A stretch of 63,837 bases of DNA, counting the filler, from Lenisia limosa (Eukaryota > Protista > Breviatea): NCBI GenBank assembly GCA_001655205.1. It is 7 parts of 7 records of this genome, joined end to end, with 100 filler letters (N's around TTAATTAATTAA, not from the genome) between each part and the next. Parts side by side here need not be neighbours in the genome. Positions count along the whole stretch, not along the records: positions 1 to 26,314 come from LPNZ01002062.1; 6 more parts are not named here. One strand, given 5' to 3'. Shown here in pieces: positions 11,148-23,766 of this stretch. The position numbers were made by a program, and so were the translations under genes. Within the stretch, counting starts at the first letter, position 1, and every line of letters begins with the position of its first letter. The notes below the pieces were generated by a model that did no database searches, was not told the origin of the DNA, and was given only the letters and a program-made list of their open reading frames with translations.

Positions 11148-14100
11148 ATGACTGTCGTCTGGTTTATCAGCCTCTTCCTTGTGTTAGTTTCACTGGCAAA
11201 GAATGTTACAGGTAAGATTTAGGTGTAATTTATTGGTCTAGCTGCTCCCGCGGATGATTTGTCATGTGAGCTTCCTCAGTTCTCGGACTACTTCTCAGCT
11301 ACCAACTGTCTCCAATCCATTCCTCTCCAAGACAAAGAGGATTATTTGAAGGTTTGTGCCCAGCATTGCCTCCAACTTTGTAGACTATTGATTCCATTTT
11401 GACACTTATGGAAAGCTACCCCTTTCCAGAGAAGAGCATGCATACAATTCAACAAGTTCTTGACCTCAAGGAGCAAGTTCAGGAAGGCCTCATTGAGTCT
11501 GATACCGTTTTTCAAACTGTGGGCTTGGTTAAATAAAACCTTATTTTTTAGCTGCTTTCCCATGCTTTTATTAGCTTAAATGATGGCATGACTCGCTATG
11601 TGAAGCCAATCGAGTACCAGAAGCTGATAATGAGGTTACCCATTACCCTCAACGAAGGCATAATCGACAACCAGCAAGTTATCACAGGTTCTTTTCATGA
11701 AAAAGTTTGCCAGCTTCACTTACATACTTCTGATACCTGATTGTGTAAATTTATCTTTCCAGTATGCTGAAATTTACGACCAAATTTATGGATATGGTGC
11801 AATTGGTATCCTCAAAAGTTCACTCAATGGAGACTTCGTGATCACCGAGGTAAGTCTTTGCTTTTTTGGCACTGTTAATGGGTCAGATTGAAGATCAGCC
11901 AGCTATGGGATACCTTGCGGATTTTGCAAATAGAATGGTGAGGCATATACCCCTGTCTTTGGTTAATGATACTAGGTTGGATACAGTAGCGACAGTGGAA
12001 CGCGTTTTAATTTATCAGTGTTTGGTTTTGGCAAAGAGTTTTATGGCCTTTTTTCCCATCGTCCTCTTGTAAGTGCTCGAAATGCTTCTTATTAAAAAGG
12101 CAATTATGGCAACTCCCGCACTACCAAGCCTGAGATTCACGCTTCAATCTATTAATAAACCAATAAGACGCCATAGTGTTTCTTTAATGTGGATTACTGA
12201 GAAATTTAAAGATATTGTTGGTTGACTTACAAACTTATGATTAGGTCTTTGATACACGACTTGACAAGTACCCTAATGATCTTGCAATGTTGCAGTTCAT
12301 CTTTTCGGCCTCCTTTATGCAAAACAAGTAAGTTCAGAAGATCTAGTCTTATTCCCAAGGGAAGAGGACGAACCAAGGAGTGAGGTTGACTATTTCTACG
12401 AATTCGAGGTAATGGTGTTCTGAGTATATTGCTTTATTTTGTAGCTGCCTCTTCACATGAGGAGTTTTCTGAGCATAGACGATAGGTTTGAATATTGCTC
12501 GTTTATGATGGTAAAATTACCAAATAGCTCTTTATGATTATGCCCTAAAACCGGTTACCGTTCTAACATGTTTACCTCTAGCACTTGGTGGCATTTCACC
12601 GGCAAACGTGCAGTTCTTCGAATGAGAGCGTTCCCACCTGACATATATCATCAGCTGGCAAACATTCAAAGCATTGAAGCTGGAGTTGCTGAGTGTGCAA
12701 AAACCAAATGCCAAGAGCTCCTGATAGACTTACGGTCTAATAAGTTGGCTTGGGGCTCTACATAATTAGTATTGTTTTACCTGTTGTTTTTCTCTCTCAT
12801 CAATTTTTAGTGGAAATGACCTTTGTTTTGCCTTTGGATTTCTGCGGTACCTGTTTCCTTCCATCTTCGTAAGCTTGGAGGAAAACTTGATATTTGACAA
12901 CTTTAGAGTCTTCCTTTAAGTGATATCAAAAGGAGTGACATTAATTTGGCACTTGCAGAAGCTGCTGACACCCATATGAATGCGCACCCTGAAAGCATAA
13001 GTAAGGTTTCATTGAATTCCTCTAACATATCTAGAATGCAATGTAAATCCCCTTGATAACGGTTACTTCGTTCCCTGTTTATGGTTGGTAGTAAGCGCCC
13101 ATTTTTATCAACTACTAACCATCATATGTATCGTATTACCAGTCAAAATATATACCAGAAAAGGAGGCTTGCATATAATTAACCTCTAGGAATCATCCTA
13201 TAACGGGAGAAATGTACACCAATTCAAGTTACATGAAACCACAAAGGCTGAAAAGCGGAGAATCAACTGGCTTCTCACAGTATATCACTGTAAGTAAATC
13301 AGTACACTATATGATATGATATGAATGAGATATAGTTTAGTATATTATGTGTAAATGTTGTGCCTCCCCAGCATACCTACAAGGAATCAATATACTTAAC
13401 AAGTCTTAGGAAAACTGCGAGGCAACGTTTTCCCTTTGGTCTCAGCCGCTGAAACACCCAATATTGCCGCCAAGGAACATTACAATTGTGACCAATGGAT
13501 TATGTGGAGGGGCTTGTGGGCTGATGACAAGGCACATCAAATCAGCAAAGGTAGGGAATAATGTATATTTTTTTAATATTGACTTTCAGGTTGCTAGAAC
13601 TGCCACAGTTGGTGGAATGAATGCCTGGGAAATGTCAACAACAAGGTTGGCTTGGTTGAAAAGATATTTTTAGATATGAAGGGTTTAACTTTTGCAGCTA
13701 CTCTGGAAATGAGGCTATTTCATTGCAGCAATTACATGATTATGCCCATTTTTTGGGGGTAGAAAAGGAATTAAAAGAAAGAAAAATTCTCCCAGATATT
13801 CTTCCAAGGAAAGCAATTTTTCGAGTTAGAACAAGACAAAATTATCCTTTTGGTGGGTGCAACTTTTATTATTGACATGTAATCTCGTAATTCTTTTCAG
13901 AAACAAACATGTCATCTCATCCCAAAATGCCACAAAGTTCAGAATACTCAGGTACGTATGTCTTGGTCTTATTTTATCTTAAGATTTTCGTCCTCCTTTC
14001 CCCCTAACTCTCACTAATTCACGCAACTCATTGAAGCACATCAACTATACAGCGACAATTAGTAATCTTTATACCTCGGTATGAGAGGCTTCTTCTTGAT

Positions 14101-14743
14101 GTTGTAGACTTTTGATTTGTACGATATGTGCGCAGCATGGGAAACAATCCCTTGTGCTGTTCAGGTTTGTCTACAAATAAGTCGTTTCATCTTTAGAATG
14201 GAGATGCAATCCATCCTTGTGAAGGATTGAGTTTCAACAAAAACAAATGCTTAGTTACTCGCTGTGACATGGGTTATGAAATATCTCTTGATGGGTAGGT
14301 TCCCCTGAGAGCAGTCCTTTACTCTTCACCAGGTCAGCGTGTCAGGAATGTCGTCTTGGTTGGTATAGCAACTCATCTGGAATTGAACCCTGTGTGAAAT
14401 GCCCAAACCGAGTCAGCCATAGGTATAGCCAATATTATTTACGTTTACTTTCATAGTCAATTTGTTTCCGAAACTCTTGATGGACAGGCAGCCTCCAAAA
14501 CCAGCCTTTGTCCTTACAAGTGCAATGAGGGATATGAGGTATGGCTTCATCTTGATTCTTACAGTAAAGGGAGAGGAATGCCTGTCAATATTTTCATCCT
14601 GGAAAGTGATGGCTGTGGCGTTGGCCATGGTCTTGGTTGGAATGTTTGTCGGAGGAATTGCGGTCACTTCAGTCATGTTCCGACTACTGAAAAAGCCAAA
14701 TACGGTGCCAGAGAGTGTTCCATTACTCTGTGATATTGATTAG
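11148..14743 (+). CDS. Type I membrane protein with a eukaryotic S41 (tail-specific protease-like) domain and Cys-rich juxtamembrane region; catalytic Ser apparently replaced
   Basis: Signal peptide MTVVWFISLFLVLVSLA; ELLIDLRSN; NITIVTNGLCGGACGLMTRHIKSAK-VARTATVGG (fungal S41 pattern NIxIxTDGxCxSTCA...VxTxxVGG); Cys-rich exons; TM helix VMAVALAMVLVGMFVGGIAVTSVMF and a short tail. Confidence 0.75.
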
Positions 14744-15245
14744 CTGGTCCGGATTGGTCCGTGTGGGATCCTTTTTCTTAATGTTTCAAACAAATTCTGG
14801 ACTACGAAGATCTTCAGCTTGTGCCATGCATGGTATTATGTATGTGGGTAATTCATTCCCAACATTATCCTTGGTGATTTTTTTGAGGATTTATTCAATA
14901 AATTTGGAAGTTTGTGATAATATTTTTTTTATCACTAGTTTTACCATTATATATTGTCTATCTTGTCATGATGCCTTTCCCCTTGATTTACTTTCTAGGG
15001 GACTCTTCACTTATGTTTTTTGTATCAATATAATATTTCTTTCCAATGGGATCTTTTCAATGAGATATTGATAAATATTGGGTGAAACACAGCTATTCTT
15101 GAACTCATCACATAATATGATATATATCTGGATTACCGCTGATCGGTGATGAATAAGAGCCACTTCGCGACAAAGATAGAACGTTTCTCAAATGGAAAAT
15201 GAAATCAGTCCATTAAATAATACTAAAACCCATACCCAGAAGAAA

Positions 15246-16970
15246 TCAGTTAACAGCGAGCGTCTTTTGGGCACTACTGTAATGCTCCTTGATTTCTTTT
15301 CGCTTCAATCCCATTCCGAACGCAGATTTGAACAAATCATCAGCCTGATATGATTAGTTCAGCATACTAACACACACCATGAATGATGTAATATCATACG
15401 ATATAAAATCTCAGCATACCTTGCATAAATGCTCTGGGACATTTTGGAGCATCGGTAATAGTTCACACGGATCAGAGAGTTGAAGTATCACAGGTTGGCA
15501 TCTCGTCATAAGAGCCACACCAACTCTGTAAATCACCTGATAATTAGAATGAAGAAAGGACGAACAAGCATACCTTCACGCCTTCGAAGAAATATGCATC
15601 CCATATCCTCAGAACTGTGTCCATTGTAAGTGATGTTGTGAAGAGGGTCATGAACCACTTCAAGGTGTACATTGAAGGGTGAATTCCTCCCTCATCCTTG
15701 GAAGTAAAAAAAAACAAGAAAAAACATGCAAGGAGAAGGAGGGGGTAGGTGAACAATAGCTTACAATGGCATTTGCTACTTTACGGTTTTTGGCATGGAG
15801 AAGTTGGCGAAAAGTTTCAACATCGAGTTGTTCTTGTGACAGTCTTTTGCGATAATAGCCTCTGAATCCATGATAATATCGTTTGAGGACAAACCTGAGG
15901 TATTGGGGACCTTCCAACAAAGAGAACAGGGTCCAAAAGGCTTCCTCTTCAGCCATATGCATCAACAGGATGCCAACAATGAAGGCCATACCCTACACAT
16001 GAGATCCGATACAACGAAAAAGACACTCACTTGGCAGTAACCAACAACAGGATTGATAATAGCATATGCTCTTAACACTTTCGAGAGGCTCTTTTGTCTG
16101 TGCAGATAATCAGAAAACAAAAACCAATCGCCTTACCCGTCTCCTTCCGCGTCTTGAAATTGTTCATATTCAGGAAATGTTCGATGGATATCTCGGGAAA
16201 TAGTCCCCTCAACAGTCTCATCCCCTTCTTGTTGACTCATTCTCTAAGTAATAATAAAATAATAATACAAAAAGGTAATCATGTCGTTAACACTGAATCT
16301 TTGCAGTAAAGTCTCTATTGAAACTAGGATAATAGACTCCACGGTTGAAAAGTAAAAATAGAAAACATCCACAAAAAAGTGAATCAATCTCTTCACTCAC
16401 CTCAAAAAGATCTGGGTTTGCGAGAAGATGTTGATTGGCGCCTAATCTGTTACACATCCAGGACAGGCAACACAATTTATTATTTCTCGCCATACCAGAT
16501 AAATAGAGCCACGCTCGTCCTCTAACTGAAGGGGGGATTCCTTTGCGACATCTGTTCTTTAACTACAGGATTAACATGAAGTTGGAGGGGTGGGGAGGAG
16601 GGGGGGTACTTTGTCCAGCCCTTTCAAAACTGAGTAAATCACTACCTTTTTAAGTTTAGCTCCCTTTTGCCACTCGGTCCAATTGGACAACATCGCCTCC
16701 CATTTCTTCTCCCTTGATTCATTTTTTTTTGTAGGACTTTCCAAAGCTGGATTCTCCTGTGATAGTTAGAATTATATGGGGAACACTAAGTGTAAAGGGG
16801 AGATTAGAACCCAAGGAGAGCCCTACCATATCCGATAAATAACTCTGCTTCTTCTTTCCTCTTTTTTTACTCTGCTCCTATAAAATCCCAGCTGAACAAA
16901 CTCAACACAACCACAACTCCCAACAACCTCAATAACTTCTTGCTTTTTGGAAAAACTGAAAAATACATCA
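15246..16970 (-). CDS. TBC-domain Rab GTPase-activating protein (TBC1D10/USP6NL-like)
   Basis: EKKWEAML..., CRKGIPPSVRGRAW, ISRDIHRTFPE (Arg finger), GYCQGMAFIVGILLM (Gln finger), MYTLKWFMTLF, LRIWDAYFFEGVK. TGA at 15246-15248. Start approximate. Confidence 0.9.
16300..16347 (-). repeat. Hairpin element copy inside a TBC-gene intron
   Basis: Minus strand reads CAACCGTGGAGTCTATTATCCTAGTTTCAATAGAGACTTTACTGCAAA, the same family as the four copies at 26650-27370. It lies in an unusually long (~155 nt) intron. Confidence 0.85.
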
Positions 16971-17113
16971 AAATCTGGGGGTGAACCAATCCAGCCCTAT
17001 AACTATATTTAATGTTGTGTGAAGTAATATGAATGAGATGAGTGTAAAGCATGCCAAAAGTGTAGATTGAAACTGTATCAAAACAATAAATAACAAGAAA
17101 TGAAGACCGAAAA

Positions 17114-20100
17114 CTACTCTTCGTCAGAGTCGACAGGAGAAGATACGTTGTTCTTGACGGGGACAACAGGGGCACCGTTAGCTCCAATAAGGCCAGAGGC
17201 GGTGTTGAAGAGGTTGATGGGAGAGGAGCCATCGGTGATGAGGTAGCCGTTGAGTCCGAGGCCTTNNNNNNNNNNNNNNNNNNNNNNNNNNNNNNNNNNN
17301 NNNNNNNNNNNNNNNNNNNNNNNNNNNNNNNNNNNNNNNNCATCTCGGGGCCGGCGCGGGCGATGGCGGTGATGGTGTCGGCACCGATAGCGTCAACCAC
17401 GTCCTTGAACTTCTTAGCTTCAATGCTGGCGAGCTCACGAGCACGGGTAATCTCGATCTCGTTCACGGCCTTCTGGTGGGAAACCTATAGGGGGTCAAAA
17501 CGGTGTTCTTTCCAGAAAAAAAGCAGGCTAAGAAGCGTTTCATTCAATAGTACAGAATCCCACCTCGTTCTCCTGGGCGTGACGGATGCGGTTGAGTTCA
17601 CCCTCAGCCTCGAGTTCCATAGCCTGGGCGCGGAGACGGGCTTGGGTAACAGCAGCTTCTCCCTCTGCAATCGTTAGACAGGATCAGAGACAATGTGATT
17701 GATTCGAAACCGAAAAAGGTCAACGCAAGAAGAGAATGGATAGCCTACCGATTTGAGCGGCCTCAGCGCGGGCCTGAGCCTCAGCCTTAGCCTGTCCGGT
17801 AGATTCGACAGCAGCAGCCTATTATCTGTCAGGAAACACTGAAAGACACAAGGATTTATAAAAATTCAGAGAAATGAATAACAATTGAATTGTACACACC
17901 TGGGCTTGGAGCTCGAGAAGTTGGCGCCTGTTGGACTCAGCCTCGGCCTCATCCTTGATACGTTGGCGCTCAAGACGACCACGAGCCTAAGCAGTCAAAG
18001 GAGGAAAAGGGAGGGAATGGCTTAAATGATCTTTCAATACAGTGCAAAAAAGGGGGCAGCAAACCTCCTGCTCAAGACGCTCAGCCTCATGGCGTGCAGT
18101 GGCTTCCTGGGCGTTGGTTGTGATTGAGATAGCAAGCTGGACGGACTTGAGAAGCTCCTCGCGGGTCTTGACGTCGACGGGCTCAACGGATTGGATATCA
18201 ACTAAAGAGTCAGTCAGGCATCAATATTCCACATTCAAAAAGTAGAGAAAAGAGCGCAAACCGTTGGTGATGTAAAGATCGTTCTCGGGGAAGTGGACGA
18301 AGTCCTTGATGGAGCCCTTGGAGTCGACACCGAAGACAGAGTGGCGGATGACGCGGGCGGAGTTACGGTGGAACTCGTCGAAGGAGCAAGAGGCAACGGC
18401 GGCACGGATGCGGCTACCGAGAGAAGCGGCAGTGTTACCAACAAAGTCAGCAACCTGGAAGCACTTGGCGGACTGGTCGTCGCGCTTGACCTCGAAATGC
18501 CTGATGGGTAAGAGCAAACAAAAAAAAACAATGGTACTCACCAGTTGTAAGAGAGCTGGAGCTGGAGACGGGCATGATCGGCGGTCTCGACGACGATGTA
18601 GTCGGTAAGGAAGTCGGGACCGAGGAGGAGGCAGATGGACTTGATGAAGTTGGGCTTCTTAGGCTTGCCACCCTGGAAAATTAACAATGTGATTGAAAAA
18701 CGAAATAAAAAATAGTAGTAATGACCAGCATACGGAGAGGGAAAGGACGGTGAACATCTCGTCGGGGCCGAGGAGGACAAGGTCGGGGCCGAAAACAATG
18801 CGAGGAGCCTTCTTCTTGAAATCGTAGACCTGAACGGCAGAATTGTGGGGGGCACGGAAGGTGACAACGCGGCTCTTGTCCTTGCGGCGGGCGTTGCCGT
18901 CCTTGTCAAAGTCGAAGACGGAAGTGTTGGTGGTCTTGGCGTTGGTGCCGCGGCCGGCAGAGGGGTCGAGGTCGCGAGCAAGAAGGTTCTCCACAACTTG
19001 GGGAAGGTCCTTCTCCCAGAGCTAAAGTGTCAAAAATCAGCAAGCAAAGACACAATCAGAATATAAGTTTTAGACAAGATCAAAGAAAAACCCTCCTACG
19101 GTTTCGTGCCACTTGAGCATGTAAGTCTCGCCAATGACGGAGCGAACGTGGCCGCTGCGGGTGTCACGGACGTAGATACCTTCGTTCACGTCGAGAGCAG
19201 TAGAGCTACGGCGCTCCACAACCTAAACAGTCAAAAAAAACGCAAAAAAAAAAGGCAGAACATATAATCACAACTGACCTTGACAGTGACGGGGGGAACG
19301 TATTCGCAAGGGCCAGTGATGAGCCAGAGGTCTCCAGGGCGGCGTTGGATAGTCTCTTCACCGGAGTCATCAGAGAAGGCCTCGACAGCCTTGAGGAGAA
19401 GACCGGACTCTTCAGAGAGGACGTGAATGGATTGGATGCCGGACTCGAGAGATTCACCGGGGAGGAGGAAGAAGGAAGTCTCTCCCTTGCGAAGGACGCG
19501 GGTACCAAGCTGGTTCTTGCCANNNNNNNNNNNNNNNNNNNNNNNNNNNNNNNNNNNNNNNNNNNNNNNNNNNNNNNNNNNNNNNNNNNNNNNNNNNNNN
19601 NNNNNNNNNNNNNNNNNNNNNNNNNNNNNNNNNNNNNNNNNNNNNNNNNNNNNNNNNNNNNNNNNNNNNNNNNNNNNNNNNNNNNNNNNAGTATTGGCGG
19701 TTTGTGAGGGTGGTGATCTTGATCTCGCCGGTGACCTCTTCGTAGATGTCGGGAATGTGAGACTCGCACTCGGCAGTGGTGATGATCCACTCTTCTCCAG
19801 CCTAAAAGGTAAAAACTAATAAAAAAAAAAAAAATAAGAAAGGAAGAAGCATTGGAAAGAAGCATTAGGCAAACCTTGCGGTTCTTGTTGAAGCGGTCTG
19901 TGAAGGTCTTGATGGCACGGAGGCCAAGGGCGCGGGAATCGGTGAGAATGTAAGCCTTGACAATGCTGACAACTTCTTCATAGACACCAGGAAGGTATGC
20001 GCCTTCACGACGGACGAGCCACTCTTCACCGTCCTTGCGAATGATGCCGTCGCAATCCTTAGTCTCACGACGGGCACGAAGGCGAAGAGCCTGATTTGGC

Positions 20101-20869
20101 TTGATCACCACTGCCTTGACGGTCTCAACGACCTTGACCTCAACACGGGGAGTGTAGGTACCAGGACCATGGAAGAGCCACTCATCATCAGTAACATAGT
20201 CATCAAAGTCACGAACAGCCTAGAAACAGATGAGAAGAATGTTGGAAGAAGGAAAAACTTACAGTAAGGCGGAGGGCGGTGTTTGCGCGGACAACAGTCA
20301 GAGGAAGAACCTTTCCGGGCATCTTTTCACCAGGAAGGAGAGCGAAAGGCTCCTGTTGGAAACCTAAAAATAGGTGAGGAAGGAAATTCAACGAAAAGAG
20401 CAAATCTCCACTAATCTTCCACCCACGGATTTCTTCATCACCATGACGAAGGCGAATCTGGCCACTCTTGTCGACAACGGGTTCGCCCTAAAAAAAATAA
20501 ATGGGGAAATTCAGGAAGCGCTAAAATTATTCAATATTACACATAAGTACCCTCAAAAGCCAAGCCAAAGCTCACATCAGCATCACGAAGAGCGGGGTTT
20601 TGAATAACTGCGTAATGGTTAGGTGGGATGATGGTCATCACCATAGGTCCGGCAACAACACGTTCATGATCAGCACGGGTAAACTAAAAGAAGATTAGTA
20701 CTTTCAATTGATGGAATTTGAAGGAAATGAAACGTAAATTGTATCATACCGTCTTAGGACCAATTTCCACGCGGGTAACATTGGAATTGAAGTCAGAAAC
20801 GTAGACATAGTGTTGGGGAAGCAGACGGATCACCGAAGGCTGGTTGCGTTCACTGTTGTTTGACGACAT
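17114..20869 (-). CDS. MVP: Major vault protein
   Basis: [40 protein letters not shown]; vault repeats (ALRLRARR...[21 protein letters not shown]); [38 protein letters not shown]; [30 protein letters not shown]; cap helix [24 protein letters not shown]; [17 protein letters not shown]; TAG at 17114. Two N gaps fall inside the gene. Strongly C-ending codons. Confidence 0.98.
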
Positions 20870-20936
20870 ATTGACGTATTCGGGAACGATAAATCAAAAT
20901 AAAGTGAATATTTTTTCAAATAAAAAAGTTTTTATA

Positions 20937-20987
20937 GTGCCCGGGTTACCCGGGCCCCCGAGCTTCGGGCCACTGGGCCACGGGCTA
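20937..20987. promoter_or_regulatory. GC-rich double inverted repeat in the divergent intergenic region upstream of MVP
   Basis: GCCCGGG-TTA-CCCGGGC and CCCGA-GCT-TCGGG, followed by GGGCCA, GGGCCA, GGGCTA, within AT-rich DNA about 70 bp upstream of the MVP ATG. The regulatory role is inferred from position only. Confidence 0.35.
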
Positions 20988-21242
20988 CTTCTATTTTCAG
21001 ATCGCCAGATCATATGAAATAAGAAAAGCGCGCGCCCCTTTTGTCCTCTTCTTCTCCTTTAAATTGGTGGCCTATATCAAGGAAAAAATATAATAAATAA
21101 AGTTTGAAAGTGAAGAAGTAAGTCGAAAGTTGACAGAATCAGGTGTCAAGTCTGGTGGATAACATCATCTTGAGCATCGCCTTGAACATCACCACAAACA
21201 ATGTCGTACAGCCGTAAAAATAGAACACCATTAAGTCTGCAA

Positions 21243-23766
21243 ATGGCTTCTTCGAGCGGTCCTCAGCCACAGGCTGTGTTTGAGCCGGTTCCAGCCGTTA
21301 AGATTGATGACCTTTCTCAATGGAAAGAGCCAACTGCCGTTGAAGATACATACGGAGGTATTTGGTTATGAAAAGCACGGCTTCTATGGGAGGGTGTTTG
21401 TTTTTATAAAAAGGTGAACTACTGATACTAATACCTTTTTGAAACTTTACCCGTTTCCCTGAAATTGCTTTATCTGTTATAGGAAAAGAAGGGCTTTCGT
21501 TACATCAGCCGTTTTCCACCAAAATATCTGACTTAAGGGTAGGCTAATATAAGCTTGTGTCATTTTTAGGCGTCCATTCGAGCACCAACCGAAACACTGG
21601 ACCTGAATACAGAAGCTTTTATCCGCCACGATGCCGATGTCTCAGCACAGGTTTGTTTCCATGTACTTTGACTGAGTAGATGGATGAGCTTTATCGCAAG
21701 AGGGTTGATGAAAGCGAACAGTAAGATGGGGGAGGGTAAATTCAAAAGACATTGCGTTTTTTCAAAGCTTACTTTCAAGAGCACTTGATGATTTGAAAAG
21801 TCTTCAACATTCGCACAGTACTGCAGCAGCTGAGGCGTCACGAGTGATTGATGCTGTCAAAGCGGTTCGAAACCGACAAGCAAGTCTCTTGAGACAACAT
21901 TTCGATGATTTACAAGCTTTTCTTAATGTGAGTTTTCCTGTAAGTGTGACCTTTCAAGGCTGAGTATCAACGCCTCCTCCATGCCCTGGATGTGGAAGAG
22001 AGGAGAAGAACAGCCGCATGGACCACTGACCTTGATCGACTCTCTGGAAATTCTCAGGTGAATAGTGTGGGGGTTCTTATGTTTTAGGAAATCGAGCGTG
22101 TTATGCTTCAACTTGAGGAGTCTTTGGAAAATGAATCACCAGCAGTTTTTGTAAAGAATTCTAGAAAACGGTTCTTGGTTAGTTTTTTCACCAACTGATT
22201 GCAAAGGACATTGATAGTGCCTTGGACTTGGTACCACCACCAACTCATTTGCTTTCTGATGGGCAATGGAGAGATTTACTCTCGTTCTCTACTCAAGTTT
22301 ATGAGATAAAGCCCACCAATAAAAGCGTAAGTAGACGCTTCGTTGAGCAACTTTCTTATAATACTAGATCCAACAGACAGAGAGAGAAACGGTGGGTGGG
22401 TGGTACTGGAGTATTTATTACACACAAAACATCTTCAATAGCGGTTATGTGATTTGATGGCAAGAAAAATAATTCAGTATCATCAGCAAATATTTTAATT
22501 AACATTGCGTGAAAGCCATGAGTTCATTTGTTTGAAGTTTTGTCAAGTACATACCTTCTATTTTTGTTGCTAGGAACAATAGCCAATGTTGTTACAATCA
22601 ATTATTAATAAATGTAACATGGAGGGCTTTGGGCAGATAAAAAACTAATTTCTACATTTCCACTTCAACTTAAGTATCAAAATACAAATTCTATTGAATA
22701 CTGGACCGTAGTTTTTCTTTTGTCTTTGATTTTTGACAATTAGACACAAAAAACAAAGCGAGAGATCCTTCATTCTAAAATTCGAGAGGACAAATCAAGA
22801 CACTTAGTAAGTCCAATTTCCAAGTATTTATTGTTCTAGCAAGCGTTAGAGAGAGTCAACGAAGACATCTTTACTGAATCCAAGAATGCTGTTTGCTGAA
22901 AGAAATACCAAACTTGATTTAAAACATTTTTAGATTCAGGGACACAATCAAACTATTGAAGTGCCCAAACAACCAGAGGCCAAGGAACCTTCAACTAACT
23001 CTCAATCACAGGAAATAATCCACAAAAAAGATACCCCTAATAATGTGAGATGGATACCACTGAACAACAAATGTTAATGCAATTGAGGGACATCATTCTT
23101 TTTCCACTCAATGCTTCTTGTTATCCCAGCAAGTTACAATCTCCTAAAATAGTCTAGAATGAAGCCCTTTTGACAGAGGCCGTGAGCAAGTTAACTGGTT
23201 TGGTCCAGCAACTTGAAAGTAAAGAAAAAAAGGTGGCATATTCGCTGCTATTTATTTGTATTTAGGAGGATATTGTGGCTGACAGTTCAATGGCAAGACC
23301 TGTACATTCGAATCCCTCTCCTCCAACTCCACAAGCTCATCCACCTCCACACTTTCAGTCACTGCCAACTGCTGGCACATCTACCCCTCTTCCCGTTTGT
23401 ATNNNNNNNNNNNNNNNNNNNNNNNNNNNNNNNNNNNNNNNNNNNNNNNNNNNNGAAAGTCATGATTTAGACAACCTCATCTGACCTGCCGGTGTTGGAG
23501 TCTGAATTTTGGACACGAATGAAGTCTCTTGAGCAACGTCTCAACTCAAGACAATCTCACCAGGAGTCTCAGGTTTGTGGAGGACTTTAAAATTCCTTCC
23601 ATATGCAATAACGAAACAGGCTTCATTAAACGCGCTTTATAAGTCCATATTAGCGACACGCGATGTGATACAGCAGGCGGAAATACCGGTATGTATGGTT
23701 ATACAGCCTTTATTCATCGTAATCGTGTAGTCACGGGAGTGTCGGGTGCCGACTGTCGGGCTCTAG
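21243..23766 (+). CDS. Uncharacterised multi-exon protein with predicted helical/coiled-coil segments (may be two genes)
   Basis: ATG 21243 (MASSSGPQPQAVFEPVPAVKIDD...). Exons AAAEASRVIDAVKAVRNRQASLLRQHFDDLQAFLN, AEYQRLLHALDVEERRR and FWTRMKSLEQRLNSRQ have canonical splice sites. No family recognised. Confidence 0.5.

Noticed and set aside
17363-20403. Overlapping ORFs on both strands across MVP
   Set aside because: They are alternative-frame and antisense by-products of biased codon usage in MVP.
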